DNA from: Basidiobolus meristosporus CBS 931.73
Taxonomy: Eukaryota > Fungi > Basidiobolomycota
Direction of reading: 5' to 3'
DNA: 64,000 bases
Assembly: GCA_002104905.1 (NCBI GenBank)
Contig: MCFE01000093.1
Span: 1-64,000 of the forward strand
The translations under genes were made by a program, and so were the position numbers. Below are positions 37,271 through 49,085 of this stretch, one piece after another; position 1 is the first letter of the stretch, and every line of letters starts with the position of its first letter. The notes under the pieces were generated by a model, which was not told the origin of the DNA, made no database searches, and worked only from the letters and a program-made list of their open reading frames with translations.

Positions 37271-38824
37271 TTAGTATCCTAGCGACGAGTGTCGACGCTG
37301 CTCGCACTCGCAGAGGCCTCGCTTCTTGGGCCCAATCCCGCGACAGGTCCCGCAACAGAAGATGCCCTCCGGGTGTTGGCCACGACACTGGTCGCAGGCA
37401 AGGACGAGGAGGTGACACCCCTCCCCGCTGCACTTGACGTACCGGTCCTCCTTGTTCCCGCAGAACTGGCATTCGGAGACGATGTGATCCTGCTTGTGGC
37501 TGGGAAGCGCGAGCCCCTGTCGAGCGTCGAACACGTAGTTTTTCCCGTGGAAATGGCTCGGCACGCCGCCGCCTTGGGCATCGACCCATTCCAGGTAATT
37601 GTTGATCCCGCCGTCCAGCATCCACACCGTGGCCGGGTTCTCCGGGTCCTCGATCGTCTCGCGTATGTACGCGGTGGCCTTCTCGCTGCGAAACCAAACG
37701 TCAGTATGGGTCCCGGTGAGGGTGAGGGTGGGGGTGGGGGAGGTGTCCCGGTCTACTTACCAGCGGATCCCGCCCGTGCAATAGGTCAGGATGGTTTTGC
37801 CTCGCAGGTGGTCTTTGTTCTTCTGGATGTACTCCGGGAACGAGCTGAACTTGCGCAACGGTGGACAGCTGGCGTTCACGAAGTGCCCGATACGACTCTC
37901 GTAATAATTACGAACATCCAAGAGAACAACCTCCTTGTGATGGTCCCGCTCCCGCTCCGGCTCCGGCTCCCGGATCACCAGCTCCTCCACCAGACGATGG
38001 AACTCCTTCGGGGACACTTTCCCCTGCTTGTCCGGGTTGAAAAGGGTCTTGGGGGTCCAGTTCTTCACTCCAAACGGACATATCTCCTCCACCAACTTCA
38101 CCGACATCCCATCGAACACGTGTACGCAGCCAGGGGAGGGTTTGAAGAAGGTCTTTCTCTTGCTACGTATCTCAGCGTCGCTACCTTGGCCCCACTTGAG
38201 CTTCTCCCCCTCCAGCATCTCGTGCTCGCTCAACCAATCCATGTACTTCAGCACGTCCTCTTGGTCTCCAGCCAGGGTGGCGTTGATCCCCTCTTCGGCC
38301 ACCCGGATCTTCCCCGAAAGGTGGAGCTTGGTCGTGAAGTCCAGTTGACGTTCCACCTCCGCCGAAGGGGCTTTCAGCGGGTGGTACTTGTAAAAGAGGA
38401 GGACGGTGCCCAAGGGAGGGCCCCCCGGTTTCCCACAGGAGCACTCCACCGCGACGGCGTCCGAGCCGCCTTTCGTCGCTCTGCGTTGTGTGAAGGGGTT
38501 CGACTGAGTTCTGGCCGCCGCTCGAATGGCCAACTCCCGTTGGTAACTCCTCTCCAGCTCTTCTTCGTGGGTCGACCTCACGTGTAGATGATACTCCGGT
38601 AGACTGGTGAACGTCCTCTCGCAACATGACCAACCGGTCCCCTCCACCAAGTGCTCGTTCAGGAATTGCTTCAGGCAATATTGACGTAGCACCCGCTCTT
38701 TGGAGGTAGGGTTTTTCTTGGGGAAAGGGGTGGCGGAGGCCGGGTCAGGGCCAGGGCCAGGGTCAGAGTCGGAGGTGTAGGTGCAAGTGGAAGTGTAAGT
38801 GGATAGCATGTTGATGGCTGGCAT
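37271..38824 (-). CDS. TSTD2: Rhodanese-domain protein of the TSTD2 / TrhO(YceA, UPF0176) family, 2 exons
   Basis: VLLFYKY, GKIRVAEEGINATL, LLDVRNYYESRIGHF, YCTGGIR/CEKA, LDGGINNY, GKNYVFDAR and Cys-rich Rhodanese_C; intron after CGC TG (GTAAGT..CGCAG). Confidence 0.9.
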
Positions 38825-39144
38825 CCACGCTACGGAACCCTTCTGAACCTAAAATTTTCCCGTCTATCGTACGACGGATAGGTCCCGCGATCAAATTCGT
38901 GGCGAATTAATCCATTCGTGGCTCGTTTCAAATCGGCCCCCCCTCCCATGCGATCCCGTGGAACTGATCCAGGCCTGCGGGGTGGTCTCGGTTATTTCGC
39001 ACGAACCAACCTGGCCCAGCCTCCATGCAGCCATGATTTCCGGGGTAAATCACCACCTGCCGAATCTTGGGTGGTAGTGTGCCAATACTCCATTAACTTA
39101 GCTTGGTTGCTTGGATCATGTGCTATCATTGATGTCATTAAGCT

Positions 39145-39520
39145 AGTGGAATATTTAGGTATAGCCACAAAGTATACAACAGGTAATATTACAAGATAGA
39201 GGCATTTGGGGAATTGTCATGGGGTGAGAGTTACTTGGAATATTTCACCAAAATATCTAGTACCCAGTGCATCAAAAGCTTTCAAAAGAGCCCCAGATTT
39301 TTCACACATGCTTTTGGGGCCTTCCTAAACATATTCCATGTGCTTGTTTTGCCATGACCATGCAGAAGTATTAATCCCACTGTAATATTCAATCAATCAG
39401 GATGTGAAAGCCATATGATCTACTTGATCTCCCAACCACTTTCAATATCTGCAAAACTCTTACAACAGGGTATGAGCCCCAAGCTGTGGCTCTCTGGAAT
39501 ATCTACTACTGCTATTACTT
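39145..39520 (+). mobile_element. Scrambled copia relic (LTR pieces, gag fragment, PBS)
   Basis: LTR 3' part ending TTACAACA at 39467, followed by GGGTATGAGCCC (PBS, 1 mismatch) and gag-start homology; a gag LWDIV-like fragment lies at ~39186-39230. Confidence 0.75.
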
Positions 39521-40352
39521 GAACTTTTATGGAGCCAAGTGAGCCTAGTAATCCACTCACTGGTGAGTATTGTGATGTTGTGCCCAGAGAAGTTGTGAGT
39601 TTCCTCCAATATCAGCAACAGAGGCTTTGAGGATATACTGCTGCCTCTTGCCAAAATCATTCCAGGATGCAACTTACTATGTGCATGGTACAGTTAGACA
39701 GCCATCATGCAGCTGGCAACCTATGAATCAGAGACTGTCCAGGTACCAGCATGTGTTAATAGCTGAATGATATTCACATCAGAAAATGCCACCATTGCAA
39801 GGTGTCCAACTTGTTGGGAATCTTTGTCCACATCCTGGATATACTCCAGTTTTTGTTGTAAAAACTCGTATTTCCACCTAAATATTCACCTAACTTAGTC
39901 ACTTAGATCATCACCTTCAAATCCTAGAGAATACTGACCAAATTCCTTGTTGGGATTTACTTAGAATATTTACCCAGAACATGAAATTTTGATAAGTTGT
40001 CCAAACAGCCCCAAACTTTGCACACATGCTCTTGGGACCTTCCTTAACCTATTCTACATGTTTGTAATGCCAAAACTGGGTAAAAGTATAAATACTACTT
40101 TTACATTCAATAAATCATCAAGTGAAAACCACATAATCTACTTGTCCTCCCAATCACTTCCAATATCTCCAAGACTCTTACAACAGTGTTACCCTCTCTG
40201 ATGAAGCTCATATAGTCTGACAAATATTGTGAAGCTATCAAGTATTGCACTCAGTATTAATCAAGCACAAGCATTTCCAATATATACAGCTGCAGCCTTT
40301 ACAAAGAACTAAGAAGCAAAGGCCATTCTCACAGTATTTATGACCATGCCCT
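39520..40352 (+). mobile_element. Degenerate CACTA-like transposase fragment containing a solo copia LTR
   Basis: 39700-39850 and 40190-40350 are homologous to 46750-47060, e.g. TATGACCATGC. Confidence 0.7.
39854..40185 (+). mobile_element. Solo copia LTR
   Basis: TGTTGT...TACAACA termini; flanks GTTTT/GTGTT (4/5 TSD match). Confidence 0.88.
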
Positions 40353-41384
40353 TGTTGAAGAGTCTTGGAGATATTGGAAGTGATTGGGAGGACAAGTAGA
40401 TTATGTGGTTGTCACTTAATGATTTATTGAATGTAAAAGTAGTATTTATACTTTTACTCAGTTTTGGCATAACAGGCATGTAGAATAGGCTTAAGATGCT
40501 GTAAGAGTCTTGGAGATATTGGAAGTGATTGGGAGGACAAGTAGATTATGTGGTTTTCACTTGATGATTTATTGAATGTAAAAGTAGTATTTATACTTTT
40601 GTATGGTCTTGGCATTACATACATGTAAAATAGGTCAAGGAAGGTCCCAAGAGCATGGGTGCAAAGTTTAGGGCTATTTGGACAACCTTGAAAATTTTCA
40701 TGTTCTGGGTACCTGGTATTTTGGTGAAAATATTCTATGTAAATCCCAACAAGGGATTTGGTCAGTATTCTCTAGGATTAGAAGGTAGTGATCTAAGTGA
40801 CTCAGTTAGGTGAGTATTTAGGTAGAATTACAAACTTTTACAACACTCCCACTCAGCTAAATGTTCATACTGACTAGTCCTAATTTTTACCTAAGATATT
40901 CAAGCTTGTCCCTAGCTAATGGTTTGGTAAATATGTCTGCAATAATTTCATCTGAAGGACAGTATGCTAAGCTAACTAAGTTGTTCTCTATAGCTTCACG
41001 TATGAAATGATGTCTTATATCTGTGTGCTTAACTCAAGCATGAAAAGCTGGATTTCTACCTAATTGTATACATCCCTGATTATCTTTAAATAAAGTAATA
41101 GGCATTTTTTGACATAAGCTTAAATCTATAAAAAGCTTTCTTAACCACATTGCTTGTTTTGTAGCTTCACAGGCTGCCATATACTCTGCCTCTGTGGTGG
41201 AAAATGCTTTGAGTGGTTGCTTTCTTGAATTCCATGAAATTGCTCCTTGATAGTTAAGAATGGTGTATCCTGTAATGGATCTTCTGTCTTCTAAATCTTG
41301 TCCCCAATCAGCATCAGAATATCCCGCAAGATCCTGTTCTGAGTCCTTATAAGTGTATTGTAAGCAGATATCAGCAGTACCTTT
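40353..41384 (-). mobile_element. Copia 3' end: partial LTR (40353-40496), full LTR (40497-40845), PPT and RNase H remnant
   Basis: CTCCCACTC (PPT on minus) abuts the LTR at 40846; 40846-41384 is a diverged paralog of 41857-42395. Confidence 0.85.
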
Positions 41385-41856
41385 TGTTGTAAGAGTCTTG
41401 GAGATAATGGAAGTGATTTTGGAGGACCAGTAGATTATGTGGTTTTCACTTAATGATTGATTGAATGCCCAGTTATGGCATAACAGGCATGTAGAATAGG
41501 CTTAAGATGCTGTAAGAGTCTTGGAGATATTGGAAGTGATTGGGAGGACAAGTAGATTATGTGGTTTTCACTTGATGATTTATTGAATGTAAAAGTAGTA
41601 TTTATACTTTTGCATGGTCTTGGCATTACATACATGTAAAATAGGTCAAGGAAGGTCCCAAGAGCATGGGTGCAAAGTTTGTGGCTATTTGGACAACTTT
41701 GAGAATTTTCATGTTCTGGGTACCTGGTATTTTGGTGAAAATATTCTATGTAAATCCCAACAAGGAATTTGGTCAGTATTCTCTAGGATTAGAAGGTAGT
41801 GATCTAAGCGACTCAGTTAGGTGCATATTTAGGTGGAAATACAAATTTTTGCAACA

Positions 41857-41866
41857 CTCCCACTCA
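41857..41866 (-). promoter_or_regulatory. Copia polypurine tract
   Basis: TGAGTGGGAG on the minus strand directly before the TGTTG of the 3' LTR; repeated at 40846. Confidence 0.85.
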
Positions 41867-44800
41867 GCTAAATGTTCATACTGACTAGTCCTAATTTTGA
41901 CCTAAGATATTCAAACTTGTCTCTAGCTAATGGTTTGGTAAATATGTCTGCAATCATTTCATCTGTAGGACCATAAACTAAGCTAACTAAGTTATTCTCT
42001 ATAGCTTCACATATGAAATGATGTCTAATATCTATGTGCTTGGTTCTAGCATGAAAAGTTGGATTTCTACCTAATTGTATACATCCTTGATTATCTTGAA
42101 ATAAAGTAATAGGTGTTTTTTGACATAGGCCTAAATCTGTAAGAAGCTTTTTTAACCACATTGCTTGTTTTGTAGCTTCACAGGCTGCCATTTACTCTGC
42201 CTCTGTTGTAGAAAGTGCTACGGTTGGTTGCTTTCTTGAATTCCATGAAGTTGCTCCTTTACAGTAAAGAAAGGTGTATCCTGTTGTGGATCTTCTGTCT
42301 TCCAAAATTTGTGCCCAATCAGCATCAGAGTATCCCACAAGATCCTGTTCTGAATCCTTATAAGTGTATCTTAAGCAGATATCAGCAGTTCCTTTGAGGT
42401 ATCAAAAAATCTGCTTAACTGCTGCAATATGATCAGATCCATAGTTCTGATTATGTTGGCTGACAACTCCCACTGAATATGAGATATCTGGACGTGTTCC
42501 AAGCATGATATACATCAGACTGCCAGCCATAGATTGATAAGGAAAGTGAGGGCTTTCAGATGGCACCAAGCTCTCTTGATTTGGTTGAGTTTTGACCAAG
42601 TTAAGGTTTGTCTCCATTTGGGTAGCCGCCGGTTTACAGTCTTCCATTTTGTACTTCTTTAGTATATCTTGAATATACTTGGATTGACTTAGGGTGATAG
42701 TCTGGGTACTTCTGGCTATGGAGAACTTAATCCCTAAGTAGTAACTAAGTTCTCCTAGATTGGACATCTTGAACTCCTTAGATAGGCTGGATTTAGTCTC
42801 TTCCAATGTTTCTAGGTTATTGGCGGCTATAATAAGATCATCCACATATAGAGCTAATAGAGCTGGATTTGCTCTATCTGGCTTATAGTATATACTATAG
42901 TCAGTATTACTTCTTTTGAAATTCAAAGATTCCAAATAAGAATCTATCTTGCAATTCCAGGCTCTCAGTGATTGTTTGAGACCATATAGTGACTTTTTAA
43001 ACTTGCAGACCAAATGGGGGTTATCTTGGTCAACAAATCCATCAGGCTGGTCTGTATACACATCCTCATCAAGTTCTCCATTCAAAAATGCAGCTTTTAC
43101 ATCCATTTGATGAATAAAAAACTTATATTTGGCTGCAATAGCCAATATTAATCTGATGGAATTAAACTTGGCTACAGTGCAAAGGTCTCAGTATAGTCAA
43201 GCCCTTTTGTTTGCAAATATCCCTTGGCTACAAGTCTTGCTTTGTATCTTTCAATTGTACCATCAGCCTTGTATTTTGTCTTGAAGACCCATCTGCATCC
43301 AATTGATTTTTGGTTGATTGGTAATATGACTAAGTCCCAAGTTTGGTTTTCCATCAGGGCCTGATATTCTTCAGTCATTGCAGATCTCCAAAACTTTGTC
43401 TGAGGGCTATTTAGGGCCTCTTTTACAATCTGGGGTTCATCAATATGGACTGAATAGGCATAGGCTAAGTTTGTACCCTCATTGATACAGTAATTTGGGC
43501 TATTTCTTGTCCAATTGGATCTCTGGGCATTTGATACCGGAATGATCACTTCTGAGATATTCCTGGGCACTGATTCTGGCTGCACCATGGTTGTAGAGTC
43601 CTCTGGAGTGAAAAAAGTTTCATTATTTTGCTCTGATTCAATCCTGACAATTGGTGGACTTGAGATCAGATTTTTGTAATCATCTGATGTCATTTTTTGT
43701 GAAAATTTTGAATTTTCATCAAACAGCACATCCCTGGACTTGATCAGCTTCTTTGCTTTGGTATTGTAGAGTCTGTATGCCTTACTCTCATTGCAGTAGC
43801 CCAAAAATATGCATTTTACACTTTTTGGCTCAAATTTTGACTGATTTCCGGCCAGTTTTTTGGCATATACTGTACACCAAAATATTCTTAGATGTTCTGC
43901 ACTTGGTCTGTATCCATTCCATGCTTCAAATGGAGTAGAATCACAAAGTAATCTGTTATAACTCCTATTTTTAAGATATACAGCAGTGGCAACTGATTCC
44001 GCCCAAAAATCATAGGATAATTTTTGATCATGGATCATAGATCTTGCCATATCAATTATTGATCTGTTAGCTCATTCTGGTACTCCATTTTGCTGTGGGG
44101 AGTATGGTACAGTAGTCTCTTGTTCTATCCCATGAATTTTGCAGAAGTGGATGACGAGTTTTGAGGTATATTCTCCACCATTGTCAGAGCGTGTTTTCTT
44201 GATTTTTTCACCAGTTTCTCTCTCCACCATGGCTTTAAACTCCCTGAGCTTGGACAGAGCTCCTTCCTTTCTCTCCATGAAGTATACTCATGTGTATCTT
44301 GTATAATCATCAATAAAAGTGATTAAATACTTCATCCTGCCTAAGGATAAATTTTGCATAGGTCCACACAGATCTGAGGGAATAAGATCTAATTTTTTCT
44401 TAGTTTTGATTAACCCAGAGCTCTTGAACTGTTGTCTGGCTTGTTTCCCATATATGCAGGCTTCACAGTGTTCCAAATTAGCTGGGGGATCAATTTTTAC
44501 TCCAGAAATTAGCTGATCTTTAATCATTTTACGCAAATAATCAAAATTGATGTGCCCAAATCTCCTGTGCCAAAGCATTGGTGTTTCTTCATTTAAGTTA
44601 CTTATATTGGCTTCCAGATATGATGAAATATAAGTCAACTTGTATAGATACTGATCTCTGATGCCCAAAGCAATATGGACACCATTTTGATCAGTGATCC
44701 TGCGTCCAGAATTGTGAAAACTGAAACTGAGTCCTTCTGCTGTGGCCTTGCTTACAGAGAGTAGGTTCTTGGCTATTACTGGTACATAGAGTACTTCTTT

Positions 44801-44892
44801 AAAGGTCAGTGTATGGCTTCCTTCACTGCTTCTAAAGTTTACTTGGATAGTTCCTTCTCCAACTGCATCAAGTGTTCTATTGTACCCATGAA

Positions 44893-45420
44893 TGTCATGA
44901 TCACATGACCACCACAAACACCCATGTCAAGTTTCAGCTTTCTAGCTCAATTTCTAAGAGATTCCTTCTGGAACCTTCTACCACCTTCCAAAAGTCCCTG
45001 ACCATTTCAAACCCTTGTTACACAATGGAACATTCCATGGAAGCTTCCCATTGTATTTTTCATAGTCCAGTACCATATATGGAAATACCAGGTCACATGA
45101 CTTAGTCACATGATCAGGTGACCCAATCCACTTCCCCATCCTGTCTCAGTGCTGTGTCATCTATGTCATTATCCCCAGCACCATTGCTGTGCCTCACCCC
45201 ACAACCCCATTAGTATTAGCCAATATCTCTTGGCATCAGTATAACCAAAAAGTATATATAGTCCTATCCCCCCTGAAGTATTCCTCAGTCTGATAAACAC
45301 AGGTCTTGAATAAACAGCCTTGCCTTGGAAATCCACCTTGCCTTGTTGATCCACACCTAAGTCCTTTCCTGGTCCTGCCTTGCCTAGTCCTACTCTCCTG
45401 CCTTGTGTCTATTCATAACA
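44893..45420 (+). mobile_element. Solo Ty3/gypsy LTR inserted in the copia protease region
   Basis: TGTCATGA...TCATAACA termini; perfect TSD ATGAA (44888-92 / 45421-25); TATATATA at 45253 and AATAAA at 45309; homologous to 61051-61444. The uninterrupted site is visible in the second copia at ~56352. Confidence 0.9.
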
Positions 45421-46363
45421 ATGAAAACCTTCTTAATTGTAATTTCTTGATATTGGGTAAAAAGTTCTTTTTGGTGTGTAAAGTGTTGCAGAAGCTTCAG
45501 AGTTAATATACCACGTCTGAGAATCCTTGTTTGTGGTCATATTTAGTGCAGATATGAATAGTCTATCTTTAGTTGTTGCAGCATTTCCATATTTAGGCTT
45601 CTTTTGCTGATAATGTCTCTTTTTGAGACACCGGTCTGATGTGTGTCCTTTCCTTTTGCAGTAGTTGCAAAATAGGTTGCTGTTGCCTTTGTAGGGTCTT
45701 GGGTACCTCCTTTGTTGGTTATCATAGCTTATTAAAGCATTTTCTTCTTCTTCTTCTTGGCGCTTGATTTTCTTAATTCTTCATCCAGGAGCCTTACATA
45801 TACATAATTTAAGGTCAAATCTTCAGTTCTGGACTCTAGGGCTGATACAAGGCCCTGAAACCTTGTCTGTCAGGCTATTCAGGATGGTAACTATCACATC
45901 CTCATCAGTAGTTAGTACGCCCACAGATTCCATCTCATCTACCAACAGGGTAATTCTGTTAATTAGATTTTTCATTTCTTCTCCTGGCAGCATCTTTGTA
46001 TTAAAGAATTTTTGTCTCAGATACATTTTCTTGGCAGCTGAACATGACTGGTAGGTGTCTTCTAATGCCTTCCAGGCATTCTTTGCTGTTTTTGCTCTTG
46101 AGCATTGAATTAGCAATTTGTCCCTGACATTAAGGCAAATGCAGTTAAAGGCACTTTGTTCTTTCTTGTGGTACTTTAAGGCTTCCTCTCCCATGTTTTT
46201 AGGAGGGCATTCTTCTCCCATGACAATATCCCAAAGGCCTCTTTCTTGTAGCAGGATCTTCATCTTCACCTTCCACACTTGGTAGTTAGATCCATCCAAC
46301 TTTTCAGCAGAGGAAAAAATTCCAGTAATAGCAGTAGTAGACATTGCAGAGAGTGACAGCTTT

Positions 46364-46375
46364 GGGCTCATAACC
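46364..46375 (-). promoter_or_regulatory. Copia primer-binding site complementary to the initiator tRNA-Met anticodon arm
   Basis: GGTTATGAGCCC immediately after the 5' LTR; the complement GGGCTCATAACC is the anticodon stem-loop of fungal tRNAi-Met. Confidence 0.92.
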
Positions 46376-46723
46376 TGTTGTAAGAGTCTTGGAGATATTG
46401 GAAGTGATTGGGAGAACAAGTAGATTATGTGGTTTTCACTTAATGATTTATTGAATGAAAAAGTAGTATTTATACTTTTACCTGGTCTTGGCATTACAAA
46501 CACGTAGATAGGTTAAGGAAGGTCCTAAGAGCATGGGTGCAAAGTTTGGGGCTGTTTGGACAACTTTGAGAATTTTCATGTTCTGGGTACCTGGTATTTT
46601 GGTGAAAATATTCTAAGTAAATCCTGACAAGGAATTTGGTCAGTATTCTCTTGGATTTGAAGGTAATGATCTAAGTGACTAAGTTAGGCAAATATTTAGG
46701 TGGAAATACAAATTTTTACAACA

Positions 46724-49085
46724 AAACTGTCATGTGGCTGGCAACATATGATCCAAAGACTCTCCTAATTCCAACATGTGTTAGCAGTTGCATGGCATTC
46801 ACATACAAAAATGTTACCACTGCAACATGTTCAAATTGTCAGGAATCCACCACCATTAGGGGAAAACATTGTTCACACTCTAGATATATTCCGGTTATAC
46901 CCCATCTGAGGAAGCTGATGCAGTCCAACAAATATTGCAAGGCTATACAGTACCACACTCAGTATCAATCAAGCACAAACATATCCGATATATTTGATGG
47001 CAAACATTACAAACAGCTAAGAAGCAAGGGCTACTTTGAAGGTATGTATGACCATGCTTTTGCTTTAGCACTTGATGGTTTCTCATTAAACAAGTACTCT
47101 ACCATCAAATCCTGCTGGCCACTGATTCTCATCAGTATGAATATGCCACCCATCTTACAGTATCAGAGCAATAATCTGATGGTAGTCTCACTGGTATCTG
47201 GGCCTAAATCACTGTCCAACCTGGATAGCTACCAGTATCCATTGCTGGATGAATTTTGTATGCTTTCCAGCAGGACAACAGTAAATGGCCATCATGTAAA
47301 AGTGTATATTATTATCTGCATTGGAGATACCCCAGCCATCAGCAAGATAGCAGGTTTTCCCAGGCAAAATGGACAGTATTGCTGTCAAATGTGTCAGATC
47401 CAGGAGATTTACTCCATAAATCTCACACATTGCTATTACCAAAACACCAGCACTCAGAACATCCTCTTTCCACAGAGAGAATGTACAGAAGTAAGCATGC
47501 AATTGCAGCAAAGTTGGCAAGCTATAAGCCATTGGCAGGAATATGGAATCAATTGGAAACAAGAGATACTTAAGATAGAGGGTATCTGTTGGAGCAAAAG
47601 CTTTCCACTGGGATCAATGCAACAACTGGATGAACTGGATATGTATTTATTCAAATGGTGTTCTGAAGTCATTCCTATTAAGAGTACATTGGAAGCATTG
47701 GGAGTCATATGTGGACATTGTAGGAATATTTATCCAGAAGCGGATCACCAATGCCAACTTGACGCATCTACAGCTGTTGTGTGAGGAGTTTGTGATAGGA
47801 TTTGAGCAGCTATACTACAAGCATAAAGCTGAACACATAGATCTCTACTGCTACCGTGTCCATTCTCTACTCCATCTTGAACAATGTGTACAGAGCATTG
47901 GGCCTTGCTTCACCTTTTGGGAGTTTCCTATGGAGCAGATGTGGTGGGAGATAGGAAGACAAGTCAAGTTGCAGGTATTACCATATCCCAATCTCATCCA
48001 GAATATTACCTTCAAGTCCATCATGGAGGTGATGTGTTGGCCCATGGAGGAGAGCCAGATAGAGTTGGAAAATACTAAGGACAAATGTGCACATGGAGAC
48101 ACCTATGCCTATGGCATTAAGAAGCTAAGCAGCCCCAATGTGTGGGTAATCAGTTAAGTAATGCAAAGTTGGGTTGAGTGCAACAAGCAACTAATTTTTA
48201 TCAGGAAAACTCCACCAAGACATGCTGGATTTCTCATGGTCACAAGCCAACTTCTACACCATTCAATACAGAATTTGCACAAACAAAAGCCAGAGCGCAC
48301 CTATGAGGGGGACTAGAACCCTGCAGGGAGAAGGAATATAATGGCTAGATACCAAGAAGTTCTTTGGCAATATTCAGGAGGTATTCATGGCAGAAGTGGC
48401 AACAACCAAGAATATGTTTGCAAGATGTATATGTTACCAGCAGTACAAGCTATATGGCAACTTTGCAAGTATCACACTAAAAAGCTGTAAAGTTGAGGTG
48501 ATAGAAGTATGTCAATTGCGGCAGGTGTGCACATTTGTAGAGGTTAGTAAGCAGGAGGCCATGGTTTTTTTTGATTTAAACTATATGTGGAATACCCAAG
48601 GTAGTAGTGGTAAGCAAATAAAGAGGGGTGACTCTACAGTGGAATATATGAGTTGCACAAGGAGAGGTAGTAAAAGGAAATACCATTTGGTTAGTTGGCA
48701 TGGTATCTTTATACAGAACCAGTGGTGGGCCATCATACTGCCAATATAATGCCATCAGAGTCTTGCTGTGAGGCTGTTAAAATACTGTCAAGTTTCTAGG
48801 CATATATGGCAATTAGAAGTCCTGGCTGACTGGATCCACATAAAATAGTAATAGAGTGCTGAAAGACCACAACAATACCAAACAAACATGGCCACAGCAC
48901 CAATCAAAGATTGTCAAGTTTTATCCCTTTATTTGGCTGCAAAATTTGCAAAACACCGTCATGATCTGTTATAAGATTGTCAGGAGAGTCACTAATTCCA
49001 AGCTGCTGTATTATGACAGTCTCTATACAGGATCTTGATGGATCATCTAGATCAGATCCACCCACGGGACCAAATTATTTTTACA
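46724..49085 (+). mobile_element. Degenerate CACTA/En-Spm-like DNA transposon (Transposase_21 + DUF4218-like)
   Basis: IFDGKHYKQL..ALALDGF..SCWPLILISMNMPP..GPK..IGDTPAISKIAGF; downstream EEFVIGFEQLYY..HSLLHL..IGP...WEFPMEQ. Termini not identified. Confidence 0.8.

Larger units (their letters stand above)
41508..46723 (-). mobile_element. Near full-length Ty1/copia retrotransposon, decayed (stops and frameshifts)
   Basis: 5' LTR 46723-46376, PBS, gag (YQVWKVKM..LWD), zinc knuckle CNYCKRKGHTSDRC, GAG-pre-integrase LWHRRFGH, integrase DLCGP/RSDNGGEY/PQQNG, RT WVFKTK/KARLVAKG/QMDVKAAFLNG/LYVDDL, RNase H TKHIDIRHHF, PPT, 3' LTR 41856-41508. Copia domain order IN-RT-RH. Confidence 0.96.

Noticed and set aside
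37289-38587. 432-aa antisense ORF spanning the TSTD2 intron
   Set aside because: Explained by high GC and few stops on the opposite strand; no recognisable domain.
46376-46503. Open frame MPRP..LLQQ inside the copia LTR, continuing into gag in several copies
   Set aside because: Its ATG lies upstream of the likely LTR TATA (AGTATAAATA), so it would not be in the transcript, and the copy at 4938-5269 has a stop in it.
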